From the IMG/VR virus record IMGVR_UViG_3300032516_000001, positions 1 through 64,000 of that record: a DNA stretch of 64,000 bases. The stretch is one strand, 5' to 3'. Below the pieces are notes generated by a model. It did no database searches. It saw only the letters and a program-made list of their open reading frames with translations, and was not told the DNA's origin. Shown piece by piece: positions 18,278-28,618 of this stretch. Numbering within the stretch: the stretch's first letter is position 1; every line of letters begins with the position of its first letter. The translations under genes and the position numbers were made by a program.

Positions 18278-18515
18278 TTGTATAGCATGTCACGATATAT
18301 TATCTGTGACAAATACTTGGAGACGTTGTGTTTGTGGAAAATCAGCTAGTAGGTATCTGAGAGACACAACCGCTATTTCAATAGCGGGATGCGCGAGAAT
18401 CATAGAAGTTAATGATGATGATTATAAATGCCTGGTTCAAAACTCGAGAGCTAAATTAGATTGCAAATTTACAACTATAGACGGGCTTAGAATCCAACGA
18501 ATGAAACGATTTTAA
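18264..18515 (+). CDS. Small Zn-binding protein
   Basis: CIACHD..CVCG. Confidence 0.6.
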   Translation: MKLHNCIACHDILSVTNTWRRCVCGKSASRYLRDTTAISIAGCARIIEVNDDDYKCLVQNSRAKLDCKFTTIDGLRIQRMKRF

Positions 18516-18540
18516 AGTTTGTATTGGAAGTATTACTGTC

Positions 18541-19086
18541 ATGGAGCCAAACAACCCGCTCAAAAATCCCAAGGACGAGCTACATGACAGTGCAGTCCGA
18601 GTATTTAACAGAGATAGGAAGCCTCTTCCATATAATCATATAACATTTGATTGTAGATACCCAACTTTTTCAAGGGTGCTGGACAATTTATGGATCGGGG
18701 GCGCTCCGCCGCCCCAAGCCAAAGTTGGGGATTTCTTTGATTGTTTAATATTGTGCGCGCATGAATACCAGCCAGATTGTTTTTCAGATATTCAAATTGC
18801 TTTCGCTCCCATGCGAGATGACGGATTGATGATTAGTAAAGAGGATGCTATACAGGCGGTCAAAGCCGCTGGCAAAGCAATTAGATGGACGAATAGTGGA
18901 CTGAAAGTCCTAATCACTTGTTATGCTGGACGGAATAGATCTGGATTGGTAACCGCATTAACTTTGTGTAAAGGCCCGGCAGCAATGTCACCGGTTGAAG
19001 CTGTCGCAAAAATAAAATCGGTTAGAGGACCTGATGCTTTAGCAAATCTAGGATTTGTGAGAATGCTTTTCGATCTGTGTAGATAG
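18541..19086 (+). CDS. Dual-specificity/tyrosine phosphatase
   Basis: Catalytic loop TCYAGRNRSG (CX5R). Confidence 0.9.
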   Translation: MEPNNPLKNPKDELHDSAVRVFNRDRKPLPYNHITFDCRYPTFSRVLDNLWIGGAPPPQAKVGDFFDCLILCAHEYQPDCFSDIQIAFAPMRDDGLMISKEDAIQAVKAAGKAIRWTNSGLKVLITCYAGRNRSGLVTALTLCKGPAAMSPVEAVAKIKSVRGPDALANLGFVRMLFDLCR

Positions 19087-19494
19087 TTCTTGTTGTTTGG
19101 GCAAAACTATTTGATCCAGTGGTATTTTTGGGTCGAATGAGACATGACCCTCATTGGGGTTATCCCAGTCCCATCTCCAATCGCCATTCAAATGATCGTT
19201 TCTATAGCACCATTCGATTAAGAAGAACTGACCAATTTTTCCAATTATTGGATTTTGTTTTATTATATTTAGATGCGATATTAAATGATCTAGCATATTA
19301 TCTGATAACCGTCTCATGAGTTCACGAGGTTCCTCATCCCCGATGGGCATCATCCCCATAACGCAAATTTGCATTAGCGCATCGACTTCAACATCCGGTA
19401 GTGTAGTATCCTTAGGCACCAGCTTAGCTATCATGGCTTTTAATACATTAATTATGGAATTCTGTAGTAACGTAACATTTTGAGCGGTGATCAT
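19048..19494 (-). CDS. Hypothetical protein
   Basis: TAAAGT-N6-ATG upstream. Confidence 0.6.
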   Translation of the reverse strand: MITAQNVTLLQNSIINVLKAMIAKLVPKDTTLPDVEVDALMQICVMGMMPIGDEEPRELMRRLSDNMLDHLISHLNIIKQNPIIGKIGQFFLIEWCYRNDHLNGDWRWDWDNPNEGHVSFDPKIPLDQIVLPKQQELSTQIEKHSHKS

Positions 19495-19840
19495 AATGAA
19501 ACTTTACAACAATGAGTATCTGATACTGAAATCATTTGGATATGGAGTGTATTTGGCGGAGTATATGTGCCCCGTCAGGAATAATGAAATATCCAATATT
19601 CAAATGAGAAACACAATACTAGATCTGGTTGGTTTAAATATAAAAGAAATAGTCATAGATTTGAACGTATCGAACCGGGCTTTTATTTTGACTACTGATG
19701 GCTCACCCACTTGTACTTTGGAAAAGAATCAGATGTCATCTATTGAGCTAGCTTACTTAGATGGAATCGCACAAATTTCGAGTCAAGAGTTCATTGATCG
19801 AGTTAAACTCGTTAAAAAAGTATTTTATTCAACCGAATAA
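19487..19840 (+). CDS. Hypothetical protein (start uncertain)
   Basis: ORF only. Confidence 0.45.
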   Translation: MIIMKLYNNEYLILKSFGYGVYLAEYMCPVRNNEISNIQMRNTILDLVGLNIKEIVIDLNVSNRAFILTTDGSPTCTLEKNQMSSIELAYLDGIAQISSQEFIDRVKLVKKVFYSTE

Positions 19841-20000
19841 ACTATTGTTCGTAAATCAATCATCAATAAAGACAAGAGCTTTGAGAGAAGCCAACAAGGC
19901 CTTTAGGGTATATGAAGAAAATGAAATCAATAACATAATCAAAGATGCAATCATCATTGTAACTGTAATTCTAATGTTTAGTGTGTGTATAATACTATAG

Positions 20001-20282
20001 ATGCCCAAGAACAAAGGCAAAGAATTAGTATATTTAGGCCCTGAAATTGGTAATTCTCGAGTCATATTCAAGCCAACTGAAGAACAGCTTGAAATTGGCA
20101 TTGTCTGTAAAATTGAAGACGGCAGAGATATTTCTAGCTATGATTTAATCAGTCTCGAGCCGTGTAAAAAGGGGCCAGGATATTATATGCGATATTTGTA
20201 TAAAGGCCCGGCTAAAGGCCCGGCTAAAATATCAACTGAAGCCTACAGATCCGGTTGGGACCGCACTTTCAGTCTAAATTAG
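20001..20282 (+). CDS. Hypothetical protein
   Basis: TATAAT-N7-ATG; 12-bp duplication encoding KGPAKGPAK; ends YRSGWDRTF. Confidence 0.7.
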   Translation: MPKNKGKELVYLGPEIGNSRVIFKPTEEQLEIGIVCKIEDGRDISSYDLISLEPCKKGPGYYMRYLYKGPAKGPAKISTEAYRSGWDRTFSLN

Positions 20283-20327
20283 ATACTCTTAATTGTAATT
20301 TTAAACGTTAAACTGAGGCCCAAAAAA

Positions 20328-20915
20328 ATGCAACAAAGCAAAATCATAAACAAACGTGCAGATCTACTTCTAAACAACGTCAGGCAGTTAGTCCAAAACG
20401 GAATCAGGGCTAACCTAGATCTCTGCCGGATGCTGCATGAGTCATTCGTTACTGTCACTCCGAAGGGCTCGAATTGGCAATTTGCATGGGAATACTGGGG
20501 GTACAAATCTTGGTTTGATTTCGTTGAAATTGAAATGGGCATGCATGAGTTGACGGCCAACACTTGCAAGAAAGTCTGGCAAGTGTTCGGTGTTGAACTC
20601 AATGGAGCATGGAGCATACACGACGCGCTTCCCATCACCAAGATGAAGATCTTGGCAGCGTCGGACAAATTGAGTAAACAGAATGTCGCCTCCTGGTTAA
20701 AGAAAGCCAAGAAGATGACATGTTGCGATCTTCAACACGAGATTTACGGGGAAAGCTCGTACCGTACGTTCTCCGTAACATTAGCAAATCCCGAATACAG
20801 GATGCTGAATAGGCTGATTGAGGCTGCACGGAAAGAGCACGGCGAAGAGAAGACCAAAGGCGAATTGCTCATCGAGCTTCTGCGCCCGCTTTACGCCTTA
20901 AGGAAGGCGAGTTAA
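20328..20915 (+). CDS. Hypothetical protein, possibly DNA-binding
   Basis: WGYKSWFDFVEIE motif; ends ALRKAS. Confidence 0.7.
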   Translation: MQQSKIINKRADLLLNNVRQLVQNGIRANLDLCRMLHESFVTVTPKGSNWQFAWEYWGYKSWFDFVEIEMGMHELTANTCKKVWQVFGVELNGAWSIHDALPITKMKILAASDKLSKQNVASWLKKAKKMTCCDLQHEIYGESSYRTFSVTLANPEYRMLNRLIEAARKEHGEEKTKGELLIELLRPLYALRKAS

Positions 20916-21116
20916 GCAGCCTTCAGTATTCCGCCAATTCGGCGTTGCTCATCGCTGCTGAATAATTGGCGGTGAGGGTTATGACTATAAAACGAATCTA
21001 TATAATCTAAGAATGGTTCAGCCATGGCCAATGCGATTGGACAGACCTGTTCATAATTATTTACTGCAATCCCGGATTCCAACTTCCTGCGTGCATGATA
21101 ACCCGGAAATTCGCAT

Positions 21117-22100
21117 ATGGTCGTTGTATTAGATGATATGGAGCACAGCGAACTCAATGTCGTCAGCGAGCAATCGGATCGTGCTTTGCGACCTGTTACA
21201 TTTGACGATTTCATCGGCCAACCGAATACGGTAGCTAATCTTCGAGTATTTGTCAGTGGTGCCAAAGAGCGTGGCGAACCATTAGACCACTTGCTCTTAG
21301 CTTGCGCTCCGGGACTCGGCAAAACTACCTTGGCCAATATCCTGGCTAACGAGATGGGTGCTCGACTGGTTGTAGTGAACACGCCTTCAATCAAGACTAA
21401 GGGCGAGCTGGCGAGCCTACTCGTCAGTCTCAAGAAGGGTGACATCCTCTTCCTAGATGAGATTCACAGTCTGCACCCGAAGATCGAAGAGGTGCTTTAT
21501 CCGGCTATGGAGGACTACCGGCTTGTAATCATGGCCGGGAATAACGCATTAAACATTCATCTCGAGCCCTTCACGCTCATCGGTGCAACCACTCGAGAGG
21601 GGATGCTCCAGCGACCGCTGCGTGATAGATTTGGCGAAATCATCCGGATGCAGCTTTACAGCGAAGACGAGCTGACTATCATTGTGAAGAATAGTGCAGC
21701 CAAGTTACACCTAGTGTGTAGTGATGATGCTGCTATGGAACTGGCACGCCGGGCTCGTGGTACCCCCCGAATTGCTAATCGGCTGCTGCGAAGGGTCCGT
21801 GACTTCGCCCAGTATCAGGGCACCAATGTGATCACGGCAGATATCGTAAACACGACCTGTGATCACTTGGGTGTAGATTCCCTGGGGTTGGATGAAACCT
21901 CCCAGCGATACCTGAAAATCCTGCTCGAAAAGGGCGCGGCAGTTGGATTTAATGTGATGGTGTCATTGCTCGGTGAATCCAAGGATACTGTCGAGGATGT
22001 GATTGAGCCTCATCTGATGAGGCTTGATCTCATCGAGCGCACCAGCAAGGGCCGCGTTGCAACGGTCAAGGCCCGTCGTCACCTCTATCCGGAGCACTAG
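21117..22100 (+). CDS. ruvB: Holliday junction branch migration ATPase RuvB
   Basis: LRP.TFDDFIGQ, PGLGKTTLA, LFLDEIH, GATTR, RDRFG, RGTPRIANRLLRRVRDFA. Confidence 0.97.
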   Translation: MVVVLDDMEHSELNVVSEQSDRALRPVTFDDFIGQPNTVANLRVFVSGAKERGEPLDHLLLACAPGLGKTTLANILANEMGARLVVVNTPSIKTKGELASLLVSLKKGDILFLDEIHSLHPKIEEVLYPAMEDYRLVIMAGNNALNIHLEPFTLIGATTREGMLQRPLRDRFGEIIRMQLYSEDELTIIVKNSAAKLHLVCSDDAAMELARRARGTPRIANRLLRRVRDFAQYQGTNVITADIVNTTCDHLGVDSLGLDETSQRYLKILLEKGAAVGFNVMVSLLGESKDTVEDVIEPHLMRLDLIERTSKGRVATVKARRHLYPEH

Positions 22101-22101
22101 A

Positions 22102-22308
22102 ATGGAGAATGTAACCCTAGAATTCAAATTCACAGCACCAGTGGGTCTAAATGAAAATGATAATAAACACTGTAATAATTTATGCCCGCAGATGACAATA
22201 GATTGTACCTGCGATCTATTCAGAATGGAATTGAAATGGGATAGACGACGAAAATATGATGGGTATCTGCGATGTAATAAATGTTTGGCTGGAAAATTTC
22301 CGAGGTAA
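22102..22308 (+). CDS. Small Cys-rich hypothetical protein
   Basis: HCNNLCP..C..F..LRC..C. Confidence 0.5.
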   Translation: MENVTLEFKFTAPVGLNENDNKHCNNLCPQMTIDCTCDLFRMELKWDRRRKYDGYLRCNKCLAGKFPR

Positions 22309-22503
22309 ACGACTAAAGATCAAGTTTCAAGGCAAGTAACAAAACAAGAAGTAAATCGACCGTTACCAAGAAAGAAGGATCACTAAAATGGAAAAACTAA
22401 CAAAAGACATGATCGAGAGAATTACAAAATTTCTTATTAGCATCCCGCCATATCATCCATAACAATACTCAATGTAAGATTTCATGCTGTATAGGAGTCC
22501 GTC

Positions 22504-22884
22504 ATGTCCGAAATAACCCGCGAACAAGCTATCGAGTATCTTTCCGGTCTTCCGCCCGTGCAAACGGCCGAACTCAGAGAAGAATTGGAAAATAAATGGG
22601 GCGTCAAAGCTGCCCCGTCTACCACTACCATCGTCAATCCAGAAGTACCTGTGATTGTCGAGGTCGAGGAAAAATCTGAATTCAATGTGATTCTTAAGGA
22701 CATTGGCGCAAATAAGATTCAAGTGATTAAGGTGGTGCGTGAAATCACTGGGCTCGGTCTCAAAGAGTCCAAAGAATTAGTTGAATCTGTCCCAAAGCCG
22801 ATTAAGGAAGCTATCTCTAAAGAGGAAGCGGAAGATATCAAGAAGAGACTAGAAGGAGCCGGGGCAACTGTCGATCTTGAGTAA
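22504..22884 (+). CDS. rplL: Ribosomal protein bL12 (L7/L12)
   Basis: [52 protein letters not shown]. Confidence 0.97.
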   Translation: MSEITREQAIEYLSGLPPVQTAELREELENKWGVKAAPSTTTIVNPEVPVIVEVEEKSEFNVILKDIGANKIQVIKVVREITGLGLKESKELVESVPKPIKEAISKEEAEDIKKRLEGAGATVDLE

Positions 22885-22919
22885 CCGTAAATTCCGATAT
22901 CCAGCAAGTAAAAACCGAG

Positions 22920-24332
22920 ATGAGCACTTCCTATAAATACGTCACTCAGCGCCTAGGCGATAATCACTATATCTTGTCGGCGCGAGATGACATGAAAGTT
23001 GATGTTCACGCATATTTGTCTGATGAACTCTTTGCGAAGTCAGAAGACGAAATGTGGAATCAGGCGGCCAATGGCGCTTCCTATGAAGGCGTCACTGGTG
23101 CTTATCTGATGCCCGATTGTCATTCTGGCTTCGGCGTTCCCATAGGTTCTGTCATTGTAACTGAAAATACGCTAATTCAAGCCAGCGTCGGTTTCGATAT
23201 CAGCTGCGGCATCTTGCACATGCGCGTTACTGGATTGTCGGCTTCTGGAGTAAGAGGTCGATATAATCGAGAGCGCTGGATTCATGAAGTTGAGAAGCGC
23301 GTGGCTCTTGGCGTCGGTTCGCACCGCCCTGAACTCATGCCAGAGTTCACAAAGGACAAGCTCGAAGAGATTTTGCGTTTCGGTGGTAAGCCGATCGGAG
23401 TCGATCCGAATGTTTGTGAACGGTTATTTATTCCGGTGTCAGAAGATGCAAATCTGAAGAGAATTCCGGAGGCTTACGACAGGGCTCTACCTCAGCTTGG
23501 GAGCCTCGGTGGCGGCAACCACTTCTGTGAATTGCAAGTCGATAAGGATGATGGCTCTGTATGGGTCATGATTCATTGCGGTAGCCGTGGTTATGGATAC
23601 CAAACTGCGGAACATTACTTCTACGAAGGAGCGAATGCACGCGGAATTGTTAGTAATCGTCGGGGTCTGTCATGGCTTCGTGAAGATGAGGATCTCGGGA
23701 AGGAGTACTGGGATCATCACAATAGCGCTGCTAATTACGCCATAGCCAATCGACACATCATAGCCAATAGTGTACGCGAAGCTTTGCAAGAGGTATTCAA
23801 TGCTGACGGTGAAGTTTACTACGAAATCAGTCACAATCTCGTTCAAAAAGAGACCTTGGTTATGCCTGATGGTACGACTAAGGCCGGGTACGTTCACCGT
23901 AAAGGCGCAACCCGCGCCATGCCGGCAAATCACCCGGATTTAGTTGGATCAGCGTGGAGTAAAATTGGAAATCCATGTCTTATTCCGGGGTCCATGTTCG
24001 AGGGAGCAGCAATTTTGATGCCTAACGCTGGGGCTCACCAGACCGCTTGCTCTGTAAATCATGGATCAGGGCGAGTTATGGCTCGTGGAGCGGCCAAGCG
24101 TAAGCTCGAGCACAAGCAAGAACGAATTGACAAGGAAATGCACGATATTTCCCGTCAATTCAATGGCGTCACGATTGAGGGCATCGTAACGAATGCTAAG
24201 CACATTCCTCTCGATGAATGCAATGCAGTATACAAAGATCTTGATACGGTTGTTAAGGTGCTGCAAGATTCCGATATTGCAACTAGGAATCGTAGGTTGT
24301 ACCCTGTGGCTGTAATCAAGGGAACTGATTAA
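22920..24332 (+). CDS. rtcB: RNA ligase RtcB
   Basis: MPDCH.G.G.PIG, VGFDISCG, LGSLGGGNHF.E, HCGSRG, HN, HRKGAT, PGSM, HGSGR, DE....YK. Confidence 0.95.
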   Translation: MSTSYKYVTQRLGDNHYILSARDDMKVDVHAYLSDELFAKSEDEMWNQAANGASYEGVTGAYLMPDCHSGFGVPIGSVIVTENTLIQASVGFDISCGILHMRVTGLSASGVRGRYNRERWIHEVEKRVALGVGSHRPELMPEFTKDKLEEILRFGGKPIGVDPNVCERLFIPVSEDANLKRIPEAYDRALPQLGSLGGGNHFCELQVDKDDGSVWVMIHCGSRGYGYQTAEHYFYEGANARGIVSNRRGLSWLREDEDLGKEYWDHHNSAANYAIANRHIIANSVREALQEVFNADGEVYYEISHNLVQKETLVMPDGTTKAGYVHRKGATRAMPANHPDLVGSAWSKIGNPCLIPGSMFEGAAILMPNAGAHQTACSVNHGSGRVMARGAAKRKLEHKQERIDKEMHDISRQFNGVTIEGIVTNAKHIPLDECNAVYKDLDTVVKVLQDSDIATRNRRLYPVAVIKGTD

Positions 24333-24850
24333 TGTGGTCTAAATTCGATACTATAATGTCTTACACGGCAGTTGTTCTATTTGGTGTTTGGATCGTTGTG
24401 GCTTTTCCACGTAGCGAAGTTCGCCAAATGCTCCAGAAGCAATACACAGCCGTTCAGGCTGAGAAGCCTGCCCAGGCAGCCCCTGTTGCACCCCGAATCA
24501 CCGCCCCGATTCCGACCTCAACAGAAGTTCCTATTCCGCCAGATGCTCCGAAATACGTTGAGGGAGGCGGTGTTCTCCAATTAGCTGTCGGCCCTACTCG
24601 CAAAGGCTTGAAGGATTGTAAGAGCACGCTCTGGTATATTCTCGATTATTACAAAGGGCAAGATTGGGCTCCTCACATTGCGACCGTCAAATGGTTTGGT
24701 GACCAATGGACCATCGTATTGAATTGGGTCCACCCGGAATCTGCTGAGAATATGTGTGCTTGGTTGGAGCGTCTTGGCTGGGGAAGCGGTGACTATCGAT
24801 GTCACCGAATGTGCGTCTATCGATCGGATTGGTTTGCTTCGAAGCCATGA
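24332..24850 (+). CDS. Membrane-anchored hypothetical protein
   Basis: N-terminal TM helix and Pro/Ala linker. Confidence 0.7.
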   Translation: MWSKFDTIMSYTAVVLFGVWIVVAFPRSEVRQMLQKQYTAVQAEKPAQAAPVAPRITAPIPTSTEVPIPPDAPKYVEGGGVLQLAVGPTRKGLKDCKSTLWYILDYYKGQDWAPHIATVKWFGDQWTIVLNWVHPESAENMCAWLERLGWGSGDYRCHRMCVYRSDWFASKP

Positions 24851-25167
24851 AACCATCAGAAATCGCTGATGCATTACGAAAAATTGCTACCGGATCCAAA
24901 GTCTTTGAAACTATACTCGCGGATGCAAAATTAGATTCGCCATTATGCATAGCATGCCCATCGCCAACTCCTGCTACTAAATTTTATACTATGACAGAGC
25001 GTGCTGGATTCTATGGAGAGTATTTAGCTGATTTTGTATTGATGTTATGTGATGAGCATGATTATGTTGTCATAGCAACTAAAAAATTGCGGGCAGCGGG
25101 TGGTGAAGATCCAATACGAAGTGTAACGCTAGAAGAACTAAAAGTGATGAAGGTGATGAATGAATAA
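24847..25167 (+). CDS. Small C..C..CxxH protein, C-terminal tag family
   Basis: ATGA overlap; ends LEELKVMKVMNE. Confidence 0.7.
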   Translation: MKPSEIADALRKIATGSKVFETILADAKLDSPLCIACPSPTPATKFYTMTERAGFYGEYLADFVLMLCDEHDYVVIATKKLRAAGGEDPIRSVTLEELKVMKVMNE

Positions 25168-25462
25168 GATAATTAAATTCAAAGATAAGACAGTTAGAAT
25201 TCATGGAGCCATTGGACTTGAAGGTTATGAATGGGTGTCAAAATTCGATTTATGCTCTCCATGTTTTTGTACGAGATTGACATCGGAGACTAAAAGTGGG
25301 CTTTGTGAACACCCGGCGATTTACTTCTTTATTGATTCTATGAATCATGTTCTGGCCCGGTGTAAAAGACATAAACCACCGAGCGGAACAGATTTACGCA
25401 ATGAACCGTATCGTAGAATTACTAGACAGGAATTAGAAGTCTTACGGGTAATGAGCGAATGA
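25160..25462 (+). CDS. Small C..C..CxxH protein, C-terminal tag family
   Basis: ARCKRH; ends QELEVLRVMSE. Confidence 0.7.
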   Translation: MNKIIKFKDKTVRIHGAIGLEGYEWVSKFDLCSPCFCTRLTSETKSGLCEHPAIYFFIDSMNHVLARCKRHKPPSGTDLRNEPYRRITRQELEVLRVMSE

Positions 25463-26187
25463 AAATCGCAGTAATGTCAGATTTGCATTTCGAATTCCAT
25501 AAAGATTGGGGTTTTAGCTTCATATCTTCGCTAGATTCGACCAATGTTGATGTTTTAGTTTTGGCCGGTGATATTGGAGCTTCTCCGGTTATGGACACAG
25601 CCCTTGATGAATTATGCAAAAAGTATCCACAGGTAATTTTTGTCCCTGGCAATCATGACCATTGGTCGTATTCACCGAAAGAAGTCGAAAAACAAATCCG
25701 GCAAATATGCAAGCGTAACTCAAATCTTCATTGGATTGAACAATCTACTGTCACCATAGATGATATCAGATTTATTGGAGCAACACTTTGGTTCCCGCAA
25801 CCATCTCCATTAATGAATAAATTCTCATACCCTGATTTTCAAAGAATTCAAGGATTCGAGCCATGGGTCTATGGACAAAATACTGCATCCATCAAGTTTT
25901 TGGACAAAGAACTACAATGTGAAGATGTCTTCGTTTCACATTTCTATCCATTTAGGAAATCGGTTCATCCGATGTACGAGGGAGAACCGATAAATTGTTT
26001 CTTCTATGCGGGGCACGAGGTGGAATCCGTTTTGAGAGATAAACGTCCACGTTTAGTTATTCACGGACACACGCATAGCTCTTTTGACTACAAATTAGAC
26101 GGTATGCGAGTTGTATGTAATCCATTCGGTTATGTTAGACAGGGAGAAAACCACGAATTCATTGAGCGTAAAATCATAACAATATGA
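25459..26187 (+). CDS. Calcineurin-like metallophosphoesterase
   Basis: SDLH, LAGDI, PGNHD, HGHTH, NPFGY. Confidence 0.95.
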   Translation: MKIAVMSDLHFEFHKDWGFSFISSLDSTNVDVLVLAGDIGASPVMDTALDELCKKYPQVIFVPGNHDHWSYSPKEVEKQIRQICKRNSNLHWIEQSTVTIDDIRFIGATLWFPQPSPLMNKFSYPDFQRIQGFEPWVYGQNTASIKFLDKELQCEDVFVSHFYPFRKSVHPMYEGEPINCFFYAGHEVESVLRDKRPRLVIHGHTHSSFDYKLDGMRVVCNPFGYVRQGENHEFIERKIITI

Positions 26188-26528
26188 ATTCAAAAGAAAT
26201 AGATGTATTAGCGGCTGCCGTCACTAAAACTTTTCAGGAAGTGACTGATGCCATAAATTCGATAATGAAGAGTATTTCGGTAATGACTGCGCCTATGACA
26301 CAGTTAGTACAAATGTTTGATGGGAGGATTCCGCTCGTAAGAATTGCTGATCCGGAAGTTTTGCTCTGTACACATTCAACATGCGGGAAGTCGGCGGAAT
26401 TCTTCTTTGTTGAATATGATGTGTTTATTCTTCCCCGATGTTACGAGCATCGAAAGGATGGTTATAATGCCATAGCTCGTCGCATAACCATCGATGAATT
26501 GAAAGTCATGCAGGTTATGGCAGCATGA
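26184..26528 (+). CDS. Small C..C..CxxH protein, C-terminal tag family
   Basis: LPRCYEH; ends DELKVMQVMAA. Confidence 0.7.
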   Translation: MNSKEIDVLAAAVTKTFQEVTDAINSIMKSISVMTAPMTQLVQMFDGRIPLVRIADPEVLLCTHSTCGKSAEFFFVEYDVFILPRCYEHRKDGYNAIARRITIDELKVMQVMAA

Positions 26529-26818
26529 AATCTTGGCATAGAGGTCTGGGATTTAGAGGGATCGTTCACCTTGACGATCTCGATATAAAACAAGCATATT
26601 GCACAATTCATTGTGAGCGTGGAGGCAGGAGTGGTTGCTGCGGGGACCCGGTTAGTCATTTCTACGTTGCATATGCAGATGTGGCGCTCGATTCTAAAGG
26701 ATCTGTAGTAATGCCTAGGTGTGAACATCATAATGGGATTTATGATGACAATTGGACTGAAATTTCTCGTGAGGATTTAGAGACTCTGAAAATGATGGAA
26801 GAAATTATGAACGAATGA
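26525..26818 (+). CDS. Small C..C..CxxH protein, C-terminal tag family
   Basis: MPRCEHH; ends MMEEIMNE. Confidence 0.7.
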   Translation: MKSWHRGLGFRGIVHLDDLDIKQAYCTIHCERGGRSGCCGDPVSHFYVAYADVALDSKGSVVMPRCEHHNGIYDDNWTEISREDLETLKMMEEIMNE

Positions 26819-26845
26819 CCTCTCAATGTATAGTTGCCTGTCATT

Positions 26846-27703
26846 ATGCCATTTAGTAAAGAAAAGTTGGATGAGATATTAGACGAAATCGCTAAATATC
26901 AAGTTGACCTAGTCGAGGATCCCACCCTTCCTGAGCATGGCGTTAAGTATTTACAAAGGATTGTTGCTCAATGTCGCAATTATCTGAATAGGACGCAGTT
27001 CTATATTCAATCTGTTGGTAAGGATGAAAAGATACTACGGGTCGATGTCCAACATAAAGAAATGGACATGGATCTGAAATTGAACGGATTATTGGCTGAG
27101 AATCCGATGGTGAGAAAACAGCCATCGATCTCCGATAGACGGGCACTGGCCGCTACGATGCTCAAAGAAGATAACGATGAATTAACTAATTTAAAATTAA
27201 AATTACTGGATGTCCAGGAAACTCTGAAATTGATTAAGATGAAATATGGGGACTTGCAACGAACGAATAATGATATAAAGATGCAGCGCCAATTAGTAAA
27301 AGATGATAAGGAAGGTTGGTTTGGAGAAGGTGGTGGGTACACACCGCCGACGGCTAATGGTGCGGTTCCGGGCGGATTACCGCCCCCAGTGGTAGACCAA
27401 CCTGTAAATCCCACTGACATTTTAGATCCTAGTAGACGTCCGGAAGACTTACCGGAACCACGGGATGCAGTTCACGCTGGGCAAATAGCATCTTTCTTTA
27501 ATTCTCCGCTCAGATCCCATTCGGAATTGCCCAAAAAATATAACGGACTCTTCTGTCCCGAATGTAACGAGCCTCAATTCTACACTCTATCAGGGGTAGT
27601 GTGTAGTAAAGGGCACGGCGGATTCGAGGGTGTACAACGAAAGGAAGACCCACCTGTACCGGCGGCCAGTACTGTCTCATACGAAGATCTACTAAAACTC
27701 TAG
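26846..27703 (+). CDS. Coiled-coil protein with Pro-rich linker and Zn ribbon (possible recombination mediator)
   Basis: Helical N-half, CPEC..C..GH, ends YEDLLKL; upstream of the SSB-like gene and recA. Confidence 0.6.
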   Translation: MPFSKEKLDEILDEIAKYQVDLVEDPTLPEHGVKYLQRIVAQCRNYLNRTQFYIQSVGKDEKILRVDVQHKEMDMDLKLNGLLAENPMVRKQPSISDRRALAATMLKEDNDELTNLKLKLLDVQETLKLIKMKYGDLQRTNNDIKMQRQLVKDDKEGWFGEGGGYTPPTANGAVPGGLPPPVVDQPVNPTDILDPSRRPEDLPEPRDAVHAGQIASFFNSPLRSHSELPKKYNGLFCPECNEPQFYTLSGVVCSKGHGGFEGVQRKEDPPVPAASTVSYEDLLKL

Positions 27704-27726
27704 AACCTTTATAGAACATACCTAGT

Positions 27727-28599
27727 GTGGAACAAAAGCATTGGACGATCTATTGTCACATTCACATTGAATCAAGACGTCGCTACATCGGATTAACATC
27801 CCGTTCAGTGGAACGACGCTGGAGTCAGCATGTGACTCAAGCTAGGTTTTCCAAAAATGGACGATGGCATTTTCCAAATGCCATCCGGAAATACGGAAAA
27901 GATGCGTTTACTCATGAAATATTGGAGATTTGTTACACATTAGAAAAAGCTAATGCTGCTGAAGAGAAGTGGATTGAATTTTATGATACAAGGAATATCG
28001 AGAGAGGATTCAATTTAGCTAAAGGTGGTGAACATATACCGCATCCAATCCGGAAAAACCCCTGGGATGATCCGGAGTATCGAGCCAAAATGGTTGAAGT
28101 GATCAAGACAAGATGGCAGGATCCTGAATATCGTGCAGCTAACTTGGCCATTAGTAGAACTAGACTGGCAAAAGCGACTGAAATCGCGTCATTAAATAAA
28201 GTGCAAAGCAGATCAGAAGTGAGACAGCGATTATCTGAGATTATGAAGCATACAGCCAACACTCCCGAAGGCCGTGCTCAGCGTAAAGCATCGGCCCATC
28301 CTGGTAAAACCTTAAGTCCTGAACATCGCGCCAAAATATCGGCGAATAACGCTATGAAACGTCCAGAAGTTCAGGCAAAAGTGGGCGCCATGTGGCACGA
28401 TGCCGTGAAAAAAGAACGAATCAGGGCTAAAATATCGACTGGTGTCAAAGCTGCATGGAACGACCCTGTAAAAAGTAGACGGATGATGGATGGGATTGCA
28501 GTTGCATGGGCCAAATCACATCCACTAGAGTATGATCAGGATCAAAATCCCAAGTGTAATTTGTTCGAGTTCAAAGCAACGCAAACCGTAAAACCGTAA
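27727..28599 (+). mobile_element. Free-standing GIY-YIG endonuclease, copy 1
   Basis: WTIYCH..RRYIGLT..R..H..AIRKYG..E..GFN plus NUMOD3-like repeats. Confidence 0.9.
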
Positions 28600-28618
28600 A
28601 TGCAAGGATTAAAGTCAA

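Noticed and set aside
20912-21110. tmRNA-like element (minus-strand frame ending LKAA; CCGCCAATT/AATTGGCGG hairpin)
   Set aside because: No tRNA-like acceptor, T arm or CCA end; more likely a terminator or a tiny ORF.
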